42,662 nucleotides of DNA. Source: Dehalococcoidales bacterium (GTDB taxonomy: Bacteria > Chloroflexota > Dehalococcoidia > Dehalococcoidales > RBG-16-60-22). Under the pieces are notes generated by a model. The model saw nothing but the letters and a program-made list of their open reading frames with translations, had not been told where the DNA came from and did not search any database. Positions 8,422 through 17,413 of this stretch are shown one piece after another (positions within the stretch are counted from its first letter, which is position 1; each line of letters opens with the position of its first letter). Made by a program: the position numbers and the translations under genes. The stretch is taken from positions 1-42,662 of the forward strand of contig JAUWGD010000001.1 of assembly GCA_030606585.1 (NCBI GenBank). The letters are read 5' to 3'.

Positions 8422-9324
8422 CTAGCGGGACGAACTAACAAGTTCGGCAGCCTCTAAAATATCAGGCACGATATTTTCATTGCCTACCGCCATGATATGC
8501 ACGCCGTGACACAGCTTTTCTTCCCTGATGGTTTTGATGAATCTGGCGGCAATCTCAATGCCTTTCTGAAGTCCCTTCCCCTTTTCCACAGCCGCCAGCT
8601 CATCAATAAGAGATTGGGCAACAATTATACCGGGGACGTTATTATTCATGTACCTGGCCATGCCGGCAGATGAGAGGACAATGATACCGGCCAGGATTTT
8701 AACGTCGAATTGAGATGCATATTGCATAAACCGACGAAAGCTTGCCAGGTCGAATATGCCCTGGGTCTGAAAAAATTGTGCCCCGGCAGCGACCTTCTTA
8801 TCGAATTTTATGAGTTGCGGCTCGATGAAGTCTGCTTCTGGATGGACGGAGGTGCCGATGCAAAATTTCGGGGCAGCCCCTAATTCGTTACCTCCCATGT
8901 CGATTCCGGATTCCAGGGTTCTTATCATCTTTAATAATTGCACGGAATCCAGGTCAAAAACAGGCTTGGCATCTTTGTGGTCGCCTACATCAATCGAATC
9001 CCCCGTAAGAGAAAGTACATTCTTAATATCTCTGGAATAAGCCAGAAGAAGCTCGGACTGCAGCGCCAGACGGTTTCGGTCACGACAAGTCATTTGCAGG
9101 ATTGGCTCACCACCAAGTTCTCTCACCAGCAGGCAGCCCCCTATCGAAGGAAAACGCATCACAGAACTTTGATGGTCCGTGATGTTTATGGCGTCAACCT
9201 TATCCTTGAGTAGCTTGATATGGTGAACCACTTCCGAGACGTCCACACTCTTGGGAGGTCCTATCTCTGTCGTTATAATAAAGTCATTTGAGCTGAGTTT
9301 CTCTTCAAATAATGAATTAGCCAT
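8422..9324 (-). CDS. metF: methylenetetrahydrofolate reductase, acetogen/MetF type
   Basis: About 300 aa. The ...ITTEIGPPK...AINITD...MTCRDRNR...LSLTGD motif pattern is typical of MTHFR. It overlaps the upstream metV-like gene by 8 nt. Confidence 0.85.
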   Translation of the reverse strand: MANSLFEEKLSSNDFIITTEIGPPKSVDVSEVVHHIKLLKDKVDAINITDHQSSVMRFPSIGGCLLVRELGGEPILQMTCRDRNRLALQSELLLAYSRDIKNVLSLTGDSIDVGDHKDAKPVFDLDSVQLLKMIRTLESGIDMGGNELGAAPKFCIGTSVHPEADFIEPQLIKFDKKVAAGAQFFQTQGIFDLASFRRFMQYASQFDVKILAGIIVLSSAGMARYMNNNVPGIIVAQSLIDELAAVEKGKGLQKGIEIAARFIKTIREEKLCHGVHIMAVGNENIVPDILEAAELVSSSR

Positions 9325-10000
9325 TGCTTTCTCCCGTAACAGTCTCTGCTTTACTCATAATCCTTCTCGGCCTGGGAATCGCCCGGAAATTCCGGGGAGG
9401 GTAATACCGGCGCATCTTATCCAGCTGCTGTAGTCTTTCCAAACGCTGATAAATTAAAATCCAGGCGCAGTCCATATCTTTATTGGCCTCGCATTTTCCG
9501 TTCTTGACGCCGGCACAGGGGCCATTGAGTATGCCTTTGGTGCACCTTGTAATAGGACAGATGCCGCCGGTGTCTTCCAATCGGCACTCACCGCAGGCGG
9601 CGCAACGTTCATCCCAGACTCCTGACTCTTTGGTCATGCCCATGAAAGAGGTATTCACACCCGGCAACACCGGCATATCCGGGAGATATTCCGCTATAGC
9701 CTGCACCCCGATGCCGCAACCGAGAGACAGAATTACGTCCACGTCAGCCGTTTTTTCGCCAAGCGCCTCCAGGAATTCAGGGTCACACTGCCTTTTCACA
9801 GTATGTTCGGAAAAGGTATGAGCCCCTTCTCCGCTCCTCGCCTGTGCCAGCTGTAACGCATTATGGAGAAAGGAGACCTCACGCTCGCCGCCGGCATCGC
9901 AAACCGTCATGCAGGTGCCACAACCGAGTATTAATACCCGTTCATAAGGGACAATCATTCGTATGATATCTTCCAGAGGTTTTTGTTCCGCGACTATCAA
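9317..10000 (-). CDS. metV: MTHFR C-terminal-domain FeS/zinc protein (MetV-like)
   Basis: Cys-rich, with CGTC...CAACGEC...CPITRCTKGILNGPCAGVKNGKCE (the NGPC(G/A)G signature of the MTHFR_C family). It overlaps its neighbours at both ends. Confidence 0.75.
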   Translation of the reverse strand: MIVAEQKPLEDIIRMIVPYERVLILGCGTCMTVCDAGGEREVSFLHNALQLAQARSGEGAHTFSEHTVKRQCDPEFLEALGEKTADVDVILSLGCGIGVQAIAEYLPDMPVLPGVNTSFMGMTKESGVWDERCAACGECRLEDTGGICPITRCTKGILNGPCAGVKNGKCEANKDMDCAWILIYQRLERLQQLDKMRRYYPPRNFRAIPRPRRIMSKAETVTGESNG

Positions 10001-12105
10001 CTTTTCACCTCCCCCTTTATTACTGAGGCTAAACGGAGAGAACCTATCTGTTCGACGAACTTGTCCAGTTCCTCGACAGGGTCTTCCGTGGTGGTGCCGA
10101 GGGCGAAAACCTGGAGTCGTTCGGGCTCGAGACCGATTGACCCCAGTACCTTTCTAACCTTCGCCACGCGTTGTTGTACCCAGTAGGTGGTATTTTCCCG
10201 GGCACATTGTTCGCCGCAACCGGCGATGAAGACTCCTTCGGCACCTGTCTCAAAGGCGGATAGTATGTGAGATGCCTCTACCTTGGCTACGCAGAGAACC
10301 GGTACGATACTGACGCCCGCCCCGGCTCCCCTCCATAGATCGGCCAGAGTGCCGGTACCGAAGAGTCCGTACTGGCAGCAGAAACCAATGATAAGCGGCT
10401 TGTTTTTCAGTTCGGCAGCCGATTTTATAGCGTGACTAAGCTCATCATTCACCTGGCGTCGGTCGAACGGCTTTCTTAAGACTATCGCCTTGGCAGGGCA
10501 CTCGGCCACGCATATACCGCAAGCCTGGCACTGGTCAGCAGGTATGCAGATGGCACCGCTGGCGTCCAGATGAGGCACGTGATAAGGACATACTCTCAGG
10601 CAGGTAAGGCAGGTGGCACACTTATCTTGAAACAGGATTTCCACACCAACGCCGCACCGCAGACACCTTCGGGCTTCATTGATAGCCTGTTCCCAGCTAT
10701 ATACGAGTTCTATCGGCTCGAAGTCTCTTGCCCTGACTTCGCTTGCCAGACTCGGCGGCTCAGCTCGCTCTATCTTCTTTATCATCTCTATTGTTTCCGG
10801 CAAAAGGTCTCCGCTTAACTTTTCCTTAGCCTCTTTGACGGGCAGTGGGTACCGGTGCTGGAGGTAATCAACGATGCGGAGCGCCGCGAGTCTGCCGGCC
10901 GCTAACGCCTCGGTTACCGTAGCCGGTCCGGTAACGGCGTCACCCCCGGCAAAAACCCCGGCTCTGTTGGTGGTAAGTGTATTCGGGTCGACCTGAATCG
11001 TGCTACCCTTGCCAATGCGGACCCCAAAATCGTCGGGGGTCTGAGGCGCCTGTCCAATAGCTGCGATGAGGGTATCAATTTGCTCGCTGAATTTGCTGCC
11101 CTTGACCGGCACGGGCCTCTGCCGGCCACTCTCGTCAGGCTTACCGAGCTTCATTTTAATGCAGGTTACATTCAACCTCTTGTTTTCTCTCTTGACCTTG
11201 GTGGGTGTTACCAGGTACCTTATGTCTATTCCTTCTTCCAGTGCTTGCTCAATCTCTGCGGGGTCGGCAGGCATCTCCGCGCGGGTACGGCGGTAAAGGA
11301 TGCTTACCTTTTTTACGCCCAGACGGATTGCCGTACGCGCCGCATCAATGGCTACATTACCCCCTCCCACCACGGCCACCTTTCTTCCCAGCGATGGCTT
11401 CAATCCGAGGTTAACCTCGCGGAGAAAGGTGGCTCCGTCTATTACCCCGGGACTTTCCTCTCCCTCTATCCCCATTCTGAGGCTTTGATGGGCACCGATA
11501 GTAATAAAAATAGCCTTATAGCCCAGCTCAAACAGCAGGTCCAGGGATACTACCCGGGTATCCGTCCTGATTTCAACGCCCATGCGTGTTAATCTCTTGA
11601 CCTCAATATCCAAGACTTCGCGCGGGAGCCGGTACTGGGGAATGCCGACGCGGAGCATACCTCCCAGTTCCGAGTGAGCTTCGAGGACCGTTACAGGATA
11701 GCCGAATTTTTTCAGGTAGTAAGCACAGGCTAAGCCGGCCGGCCCAGAGCCTACGATGGCAACCTTCTCTGCATGCGTGGTTTCGGCTTCAGCCTGGACC
11801 ATCCTGTCGCCGCCGAATTCCACGGCGAACCTCTTCAGCGAACGGATGGCGATGGGTTTATCTACCTGGGAACGCCGGCAGGCATCTTCACAGGGATGAG
11901 TGCAAACGTAGGCGCAGATAGATGGGAACGGATTGCCCGTCCTGATGACCTGTAAAGCCTCCATAATCCTGCCCTGAGAAACCAGACCTACGTATTCTCT
12001 GATATCCATATGCAGGGGGCAGGCATCCTGGCAGGGAGGTACCAGGCTATGGTCCGGAACGTTCTCCGTGCGATTTACAGGGTAGCTCGTATTAGCAACA
12101 TTCAT
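9997..12105 (-). CDS. NfnB/GltD-like FAD/NAD(P) flavoprotein fused to a 2x[4Fe-4S] ferredoxin domain and an MvhD domain
   Basis: N-terminal Cys-rich GltD-type domain (PPCQDACP...CTHPCEDAC), a VAIVGSGPAGLACAYYL dinucleotide fold and a second GGGNVAIDAART fold. These are followed by CLRCG...CLTCLRVCP and CQACGICVAECP, then the MvhD-like segment IIGFCCQYG...VPVLCVAKV...VFIAGCGEQC. Confidence 0.8.
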   Translation of the reverse strand: MNVANTSYPVNRTENVPDHSLVPPCQDACPLHMDIREYVGLVSQGRIMEALQVIRTGNPFPSICAYVCTHPCEDACRRSQVDKPIAIRSLKRFAVEFGGDRMVQAEAETTHAEKVAIVGSGPAGLACAYYLKKFGYPVTVLEAHSELGGMLRVGIPQYRLPREVLDIEVKRLTRMGVEIRTDTRVVSLDLLFELGYKAIFITIGAHQSLRMGIEGEESPGVIDGATFLREVNLGLKPSLGRKVAVVGGGNVAIDAARTAIRLGVKKVSILYRRTRAEMPADPAEIEQALEEGIDIRYLVTPTKVKRENKRLNVTCIKMKLGKPDESGRQRPVPVKGSKFSEQIDTLIAAIGQAPQTPDDFGVRIGKGSTIQVDPNTLTTNRAGVFAGGDAVTGPATVTEALAAGRLAALRIVDYLQHRYPLPVKEAKEKLSGDLLPETIEMIKKIERAEPPSLASEVRARDFEPIELVYSWEQAINEARRCLRCGVGVEILFQDKCATCLTCLRVCPYHVPHLDASGAICIPADQCQACGICVAECPAKAIVLRKPFDRRQVNDELSHAIKSAAELKNKPLIIGFCCQYGLFGTGTLADLWRGAGAGVSIVPVLCVAKVEASHILSAFETGAEGVFIAGCGEQCARENTTYWVQQRVAKVRKVLGSIGLEPERLQVFALGTTTEDPVEELDKFVEQIGSLRLASVIKGEVKS

Positions 12106-12320
12106 CGGTACATACCTCGAATCCTGTCGAGTAGCAGCAACCGGTAGTTATCTGGTTGTCTTATTATGTCACTAGGCTGCCGGAGCCAGCAATAGCAAAT
12201 ACAATGGAAAGCAAGGGGGTGACGTCTTCGGAATATCTACTGGGAAATACCCTGATATGCTTCTGGGGAAAATACTGGTTACAGCCAGACAAAGAACGAG
12301 CGAGACTTTATATCGTACTG

Positions 12321-12974
12321 TTATATCGTTATAATTCGCTTGCGAATGGCATATTTAATAAGGTCGGTCCGGCTGTGTATGTTCAGTTTCTTCATCAGGC
12401 TGTTTTTATACCACTCCACCGTCTTGGGGCTGACGATAAGTATACCGGCGATTTCCCGGCTGGTATGTCCTTCCGCAACGAGTTTAAGCACTTCCCTTTC
12501 CCGGTCAGTTAGCTGCTGATACGGGTCCTGTTCCCCTTCCGATGGTATTTTCTGCTGGTATTCCTCAACAAGAGCCGTGGCGGCTGTAGAAGACAGGTAG
12601 GACTCCCCGTTGTAGGCTGCCTCAATGGCTGCAGCAAGTTCTGAAAATGCCGACATCTTGGTAACAAAGCCGCTGGCACCCGCTTCTATGATAGGGATAA
12701 CATATTCGCTATCGTCATACTGTGTCAGTGCCAGCACTTTAATCGCCGGGAATTCTTTTCGCAGGCGGCGCGTGGCTTCCAAACCGCCCATAACCGGCAT
12801 GGCCAGGTCCATGAGTACCACGTCGGGCATGAGATGCCGTACCTTTCCCAGGGCTTCTTTTCCGTCTGATGCCTCGCCGACCACTTCGATATCTTCAACA
12901 AGCGCCAGCAGGGAACTGATTCCGGCCCTGACGAGTGTATGGTCGTCGACTATCAGCACCTTAATTTTCTTCAT
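12321..12974 (-). CDS. NarL/LuxR-family response regulator (REC + HTH)
   Basis: KVLIVDDH...VLMDLAMPVMGG...LTQY receiver, followed by LTDREREVLKLVAEGHTSREIA...SPKTVEWYK, a LuxR-type HTH. Confidence 0.9.
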   Translation of the reverse strand: MKKIKVLIVDDHTLVRAGISSLLALVEDIEVVGEASDGKEALGKVRHLMPDVVLMDLAMPVMGGLEATRRLRKEFPAIKVLALTQYDDSEYVIPIIEAGASGFVTKMSAFSELAAAIEAAYNGESYLSSTAATALVEEYQQKIPSEGEQDPYQQLTDREREVLKLVAEGHTSREIAGILIVSPKTVEWYKNSLMKKLNIHSRTDLIKYAIRKRIITI

Positions 12975-12977
12975 GTG

Positions 12978-14597
12978 TTAAATTCCCATCAGCGGAACTT
13001 TCACGGTTACTTTGGTACCCTGCCCCGGTCGGGAGTCAATATGGCAGTGGCCTCCGGCCAGGCTTACCCTCTCCTTGAGGGTGAACAAACCAGCACCCCG
13101 GCCGCTGGGGTCCACGCGGGTCAGTTTTTTTACATCGAAGCCTTTGCCATCGTCCTCAATATACAGCATACACTCTTTTTCATCACATTCCAGTTTGATG
13201 AAGGTATTCTTCGCCCCGGAATGTTCGAGGATGTTGCCGATTAATCCCTGGGCGACGCGGAAAAGGGTAACCTCTACTTCCGGGGGGAACCGTTCATCGG
13301 TACCCTTGAACTCTGCGGATACGTCAATTCCTTGAGATTGAAGCGTGTCCTTGGCATAGCGATGGATGGCCGCCGGCATACCAAGTTCGTCAAGCAGGCT
13401 GGGCCGGAGTTCCTTCATAAGCCGCACGATTTCATGACCGGCATGAACGGCAAAGGAGTGCGTCGTTCTAACCTTCTCCATGAATTCGGCATCTCCGATA
13501 CCCTTCATTTCCGCGATTGTCATAATAGCCTGAAGGCTCAGGGTCAGACTGGTAATTGCCTGGGAGGTTTCGTCGTGTAATTCACGAGCGATTCTCTTTC
13601 GTTCCTGCTCTTGTGCCGTCAGAGCGTGTTGCAGGAGAGCCCGATATCTTTCCCCGGCCTGCGCCAGTCGGTCGTACAGCGTTGCCTGCTCGATTGCCGT
13701 ACCCAGATAGTCGCCAATCGACTTGAGTAAAGAGACATCATCAGCCGCAAATCGATTTGCCATATGGCTGGCGATGTTCATCACTCCGGTAACCCTGTCC
13801 TTGGCCTTTAAGGGAATGCTGACAAATCCTCGGAGTCCCTCTGCCAGCACCACGTCAGGTCGGGTAATACGCGGGTCTTTAGAAATGTCCTCCACTATTA
13901 TAGGCTCGCCGAGTTCAGCCGCCTGCCCCGCGATACTCTCACCGAGCGAAACCTGTGTTTCTTCAATGTATTTAGCAGATAAGCCCCGTTGTACACGATA
14001 GCTCAGGTTTTTGGACTCTTCGTCGAAGAGCAGTATTCCTCCGATGTCGCTGTTAATAAGTTCCAGGACATTATCCAGGGCGGTTTTTAATATGGTATCC
14101 AGGTCGTATAGTCCGCTCACGGCACTGGAAATATGGTTCAACGCCAGAAGCTGATGATGCCTCCTTAGTATTTGAGTCTCCAGTTCCCTTTCCGCGGTGA
14201 CATCTCTCCTCAACTCGACTATCGCCCTGGTGTTTCCCTGTTTATCAAGAAGAGGATATGCCGTAATTTTAACGTAATTATGATTGCCATGTTGGGTGAC
14301 CGGATAAATAGCCGTTATCATGTTGCCGGTTTCAATCACCTGTCGCAGCGGGCAGTCCCATAAAGGCTCATGGCAGGGGCCATCCCGGTTATGAAAAACT
14401 TTGTAGCATAATTTACCTATAGGGGACCTGCTTTTCCCCTGATATTTGTTAAGCATAGCGGTGTTGGCGAACCCGACACGGTACTCGAGGTCGACTACCA
14501 GGAGCTCGTCTTCCACGGCATCAATTATTTCCTGCAGGTCGGCTTTCAACCCCGTATCTTTCGGTCTGGGCACTATCGGTTTTTTTATATTCGTCAC
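12978..14597 (-). CDS. soluble sensor histidine kinase: Cys-rich PAS + GAF + HisKA_3 + HATPase
   Basis: H-box ERKRIARELHDETSQ; N/G boxes (NILEHSGA, DDGKGF, GRGAGL); N-terminal PAS with CYKVFHNRDGPCHEPLWDCP. No TM segments are evident. Confidence 0.9.
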   Translation of the reverse strand: MTNIKKPIVPRPKDTGLKADLQEIIDAVEDELLVVDLEYRVGFANTAMLNKYQGKSRSPIGKLCYKVFHNRDGPCHEPLWDCPLRQVIETGNMITAIYPVTQHGNHNYVKITAYPLLDKQGNTRAIVELRRDVTAERELETQILRRHHQLLALNHISSAVSGLYDLDTILKTALDNVLELINSDIGGILLFDEESKNLSYRVQRGLSAKYIEETQVSLGESIAGQAAELGEPIIVEDISKDPRITRPDVVLAEGLRGFVSIPLKAKDRVTGVMNIASHMANRFAADDVSLLKSIGDYLGTAIEQATLYDRLAQAGERYRALLQHALTAQEQERKRIARELHDETSQAITSLTLSLQAIMTIAEMKGIGDAEFMEKVRTTHSFAVHAGHEIVRLMKELRPSLLDELGMPAAIHRYAKDTLQSQGIDVSAEFKGTDERFPPEVEVTLFRVAQGLIGNILEHSGAKNTFIKLECDEKECMLYIEDDGKGFDVKKLTRVDPSGRGAGLFTLKERVSLAGGHCHIDSRPGQGTKVTVKVPLMGI

Positions 14598-14675
14598 TGT
14601 CTACACCCTATATGAATAAAAGTACAGCGAGAATCTTGTGTTGTCAAGATGGGACGAGTATAACTTTATGGCTAA

Positions 14676-15797
14676 TTATACCGTTAGCTCCACAGTAATA
14701 CTAGTCCCTTTATCGGGTTGAGATTGTACCGTTAGTGTGCCGCCTGCCAGCTGGGCACGTTCCTGCATCCCTGTTAAGCCAAGTTTGCCGTTCTTGGCCA
14801 GGTCGCCTATCTTCTCGGGAAGGCGAAAGCCCTTGCCATTATCGGTGATGGTTATTCTTGCCTTGTCCTTGTCGAACTCAACTGTCATTTCAGCTTTGGT
14901 AGCACCGGAGTGTCGCCATACGTTTCTCAGGGCTTCCTGAGTTATGCGGAAGAGAGCTATTGCCGTTTCTTCCGAGAGGCGGCGTTCTTCACCTATGACC
15001 TTGACCTCGGCTTCTATTGCCGAGTGTTCGGTCATGTTAGAGGCCAGCCACTCCAGCGCCGGCAGCAGTCCCAAACGATCCAGCGCTGCCGGTCGCAGGT
15101 CCTGACTCAAACGGCGAACCCCCCGCAGGATGTTATCAGTCTGCTGCCATAACTCTTCCAGGCGGAGCCGGTTCTCTTCGGACAGTCCTTTTTCACCGGA
15201 AGCGAGAGAGTCCAACTGGCGGGAAAGCACCACCAGAGCCTGAATAGTATCATCGTGCAGCTCATGGGAGATACGCTTTCTTTCTTCTTCCTGGGCTCGG
15301 GTGGCCTGCTGTAAATAATAGCGAAGGTTTTGTTGCATCGCACTTAGTTCTTCAGCAATCTTTTGCTGCTCCCGCCGGGCTACTTCCATCTGTGTGCGGT
15401 ATTCTCGCTCTTTTCGTAGTGATGCGAAACTAATGGCTAATACGTTGCCAATGACAAAAACGGCGCTGGTTTCAAAAAGGGCGTCCAGCGGATGTGGCGA
15501 GATAAAGATGGCCCGGGGTAACATGGCGGCGAGAGCGGCCAGTGAAGTGATTAAGGCCCCCCTCCAGCCAAACAGGAAACCTGCCCACACTATCGGTGCC
15601 AGACAGAGGATTCTTTCAAAGGCATGTCTATCCAAGTTAAGATTATTGGTCAGCTGGCTGAGTAAAGCCGGGTACGCCAGAGCTTCCTCATAGTGGGCCA
15701 GCGTAATAAGCGCGAGTATGGCTAGAATAAACCAGAATCCCGGCCTTCGAAGGACACTCGTCAGCCAGTTTATTACTGAATATCGAGTTGCTGCCAT
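14676..15797 (-). CDS. membrane sensor histidine kinase (about 4 TM + HisKA_3 + HATPase)
   Basis: Hydrophobic N-terminal 140 aa, H-box ERKRISHELHDDTIQ, and an ATPase domain with DNGKGF...GLTGMQERA. Confidence 0.85.
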   Translation of the reverse strand: MAATRYSVINWLTSVLRRPGFWFILAILALITLAHYEEALAYPALLSQLTNNLNLDRHAFERILCLAPIVWAGFLFGWRGALITSLAALAAMLPRAIFISPHPLDALFETSAVFVIGNVLAISFASLRKEREYRTQMEVARREQQKIAEELSAMQQNLRYYLQQATRAQEEERKRISHELHDDTIQALVVLSRQLDSLASGEKGLSEENRLRLEELWQQTDNILRGVRRLSQDLRPAALDRLGLLPALEWLASNMTEHSAIEAEVKVIGEERRLSEETAIALFRITQEALRNVWRHSGATKAEMTVEFDKDKARITITDNGKGFRLPEKIGDLAKNGKLGLTGMQERAQLAGGTLTVQSQPDKGTSITVELTV

Positions 15798-15824
15798 ACT
15801 TTATATTTTCCCGGTGCCTAATTA

Positions 15825-16490
15825 TCAGGCCACATCGTCAAGGGTAACCCAGCCCTCTTTCAAGGCATGCACTACGGCTTCGGTTCGCGAACTGACCTGC
15901 AATTTGTTAAAGATATGTCCCAGGTGCGCCTGGACCGTACGCAAGCTGAGAAAAAGCTCATCGGCAATCTCCTGGTTGCTCAAGCCCCGGGTTGCCAACC
16001 GGAGTACTTCCGTCTCTCGCTCGCTCAGTACCTCCGCTTGTTTTTTTTCGGTTGTTTTACCAACGGTGGGTACGAAGCGATTCAGCACTTTACGGGCAAT
16101 CGCCGGATGCAGTACTGACTCCCCGGCGTATACCTGCCGTACGGCATCAATGAGCTCTTTGCCCCGAACGCTTTTTAGCAGGTAACCGGCCGCTCCAGCC
16201 TCTAAAAGCCCGAAGACGAACTGGTCATCATCATAAGCCGTAAGTATCAGCACGGCCACGGCAGGATAAAGTGCCTTGATTTGTCGGGTGGCTTCAATGC
16301 CATCTACTACGGGCATGGCTATGTCGATGATGGCGACGTCCGGTCTGGAACTACCGGCTAATTTTACCGCTTCCTCGCCGTTTACAGCCTCAGCAACAAC
16401 GTTCAGGTCCGCTTCCTGCTCCAGAATCTGCCGCGTACCCTCCCGCACCACGGCATGGTCATCGGCTATTAATATCTTTATCTTACCCAT
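15825..16490 (-). CDS. NarL/LuxR-family response regulator
   Basis: KILIADDH...IIDIAMPVVDG...LTAY receiver plus LSERETEVLRLATRGLSNQEIADELFLSLRTVQAHL HTH. Confidence 0.9.
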   Translation of the reverse strand: MGKIKILIADDHAVVREGTRQILEQEADLNVVAEAVNGEEAVKLAGSSRPDVAIIDIAMPVVDGIEATRQIKALYPAVAVLILTAYDDDQFVFGLLEAGAAGYLLKSVRGKELIDAVRQVYAGESVLHPAIARKVLNRFVPTVGKTTEKKQAEVLSERETEVLRLATRGLSNQEIADELFLSLRTVQAHLGHIFNKLQVSSRTEAVVHALKEGWVTLDDVA

Positions 16491-16590
16491 ATGATATACG
16501 CCTTTTCACCCGGGTATTATTACATTAATCATACACCCTGACGATTAAGTACTCAATCGTTATAATTACCTAATACACAATCCACGCATG

Positions 16591-16606
16591 TAGGTATTAA
16601 TACCTA
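16591..16606. promoter_or_regulatory. perfect 16-bp palindrome TAGGTATTAATACCTA made of NarL-like heptamers; candidate response-regulator operator
   Basis: It lies in the divergent region between the RR gene (start 16490) and the microprotein operon (start 16701). TACCTAT fits the NarL heptamer TACYYMT. A further TACCTAC lies at 16650..16656, next to a TATACT -10-like hexamer (16664..16669). Confidence 0.4.
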
Positions 16607-16700
16607 TGATTTTAAGGTTAGAAATAGGTGTCATGGCGGAAGTTAAATTTACCTACATAGAGCTATACTGAGAGTAGAGATAAGAAAGGAGATAAGAACG

Positions 16701-16871
16701 ATGCAGTGGGAGTTTTTAGTAGCACTGGTAATTGCGATACCCATTATCCTCTTCCCGGTAGCATTTATCTGGTATATAAACATCGGTGGTATCGTTGCCG
16801 CCATCAAAGATGCTCGGACAGCAAGGGTTATCCGCGAGAAGAAGGTGGCGGGAGCGACCAAGATTAAGTAA
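16701..16871 (+). CDS. single-pass membrane microprotein, copy 1 of 3 (56 aa)
   Basis: Below the track size cut-off, so translated by hand: MQWEFLVALVIAIPIILFPVAFIWYINIGGIVAAIKDARTARVIREKKVAGATKIK. AAGGAG lies 8 nt upstream. Clear paralog of the next two ORFs. Confidence 0.6.
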   Translation: MQWEFLVALVIAIPIILFPVAFIWYINIGGIVAAIKDARTARVIREKKVAGATKIK

Positions 16872-16923
16872 CCATGACACGGCAAGGAAGCGATAAAAGT
16901 ATTTAAGAAGGAGTAAAGGAATA

Positions 16924-17139
16924 ATGGAATGGCAGATTATACTAGCTTTAGCAGTGGCAATACCCATCATCCTCTTACCGGTAGCATATGTCTGGTATAT
17001 AAACATCGGTGGTACCGTTGCCGCTATAAAGCGTGCCAGAGAGAAACGTGTTACCCGGAGAGAGGGCAGCCCGGAGCATGAAGTGGAGTACAACACAGCC
17101 CTTACCGAGGCAATCAAGCGATATCCCTGGGATGAATAA
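16924..17139 (+). CDS. single-pass membrane microprotein, copy 2 of 3 (71 aa)
   Basis: MEWQIILALAVAIPIILLPVAYVWYINIGGTVAAIKRAREKRV..., with GAAGGAG upstream. Confidence 0.65.
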   Translation: MEWQIILALAVAIPIILLPVAYVWYINIGGTVAAIKRAREKRVTRREGSPEHEVEYNTALTEAIKRYPWDE

Positions 17140-17196
17140 TAGCGGTTCGGTAAATAATATGTTTCGTTGGGAGAAATTTTAAGGAGGGCTAATAAA

Positions 17197-17367
17197 ATGG
17201 AATGGCAGATTATAGTGGCTCTGGTAGTAGCAATCCCCATCATTCTTTTCCCGGTGGCATTCGTCTGGTATCTGAATGCCGGTGGTATCTACACTGCCGT
17301 CAAGGAAGCTCGAGCGAGACGAGTCGCCCGGGAAAAAGATGCCAAAGAAAGGATAAAAGTGAAGTAA
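17197..17367 (+). CDS. single-pass membrane microprotein, copy 3 of 3 (56 aa)
   Basis: MEWQIIVALVVAIPIILFPVAFVWYLNAGGIYTAVKEARARRVAREKDAKERIKVK. The start is moved to the ATG preceded by AAGGAGGG at 8-nt spacing, since the track call starts at an upstream TTG. Confidence 0.65.
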   Translation: MEWQIIVALVVAIPIILFPVAFVWYLNAGGIYTAVKEARARRVAREKDAKERIKVK

Positions 17368-17413
17368 ATCGTGCTTAATAAGTTAACAGTATCAGGGAGG
17401 AAGGAGCCGATTT

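Noticed and set aside
12106-12320. A possible riboswitch (THF/SAM) or NarL-type operator upstream of the NfnB-MvhD/metVF operon.
   Set aside because: Only partial heptamer matches are present (TACCTCG, TACCCTG). I could recognise no conserved riboswitch core motifs. A covariance-model scan would be needed.
16649-17243. Minus-strand ORFs 16649..16885 and 16716..17243, which themselves look internally repetitive.
   Set aside because: Their repetition only mirrors the three plus-strand microprotein genes. The plus-strand copies each have an RBS and conserve protein sequence, not just DNA sequence.
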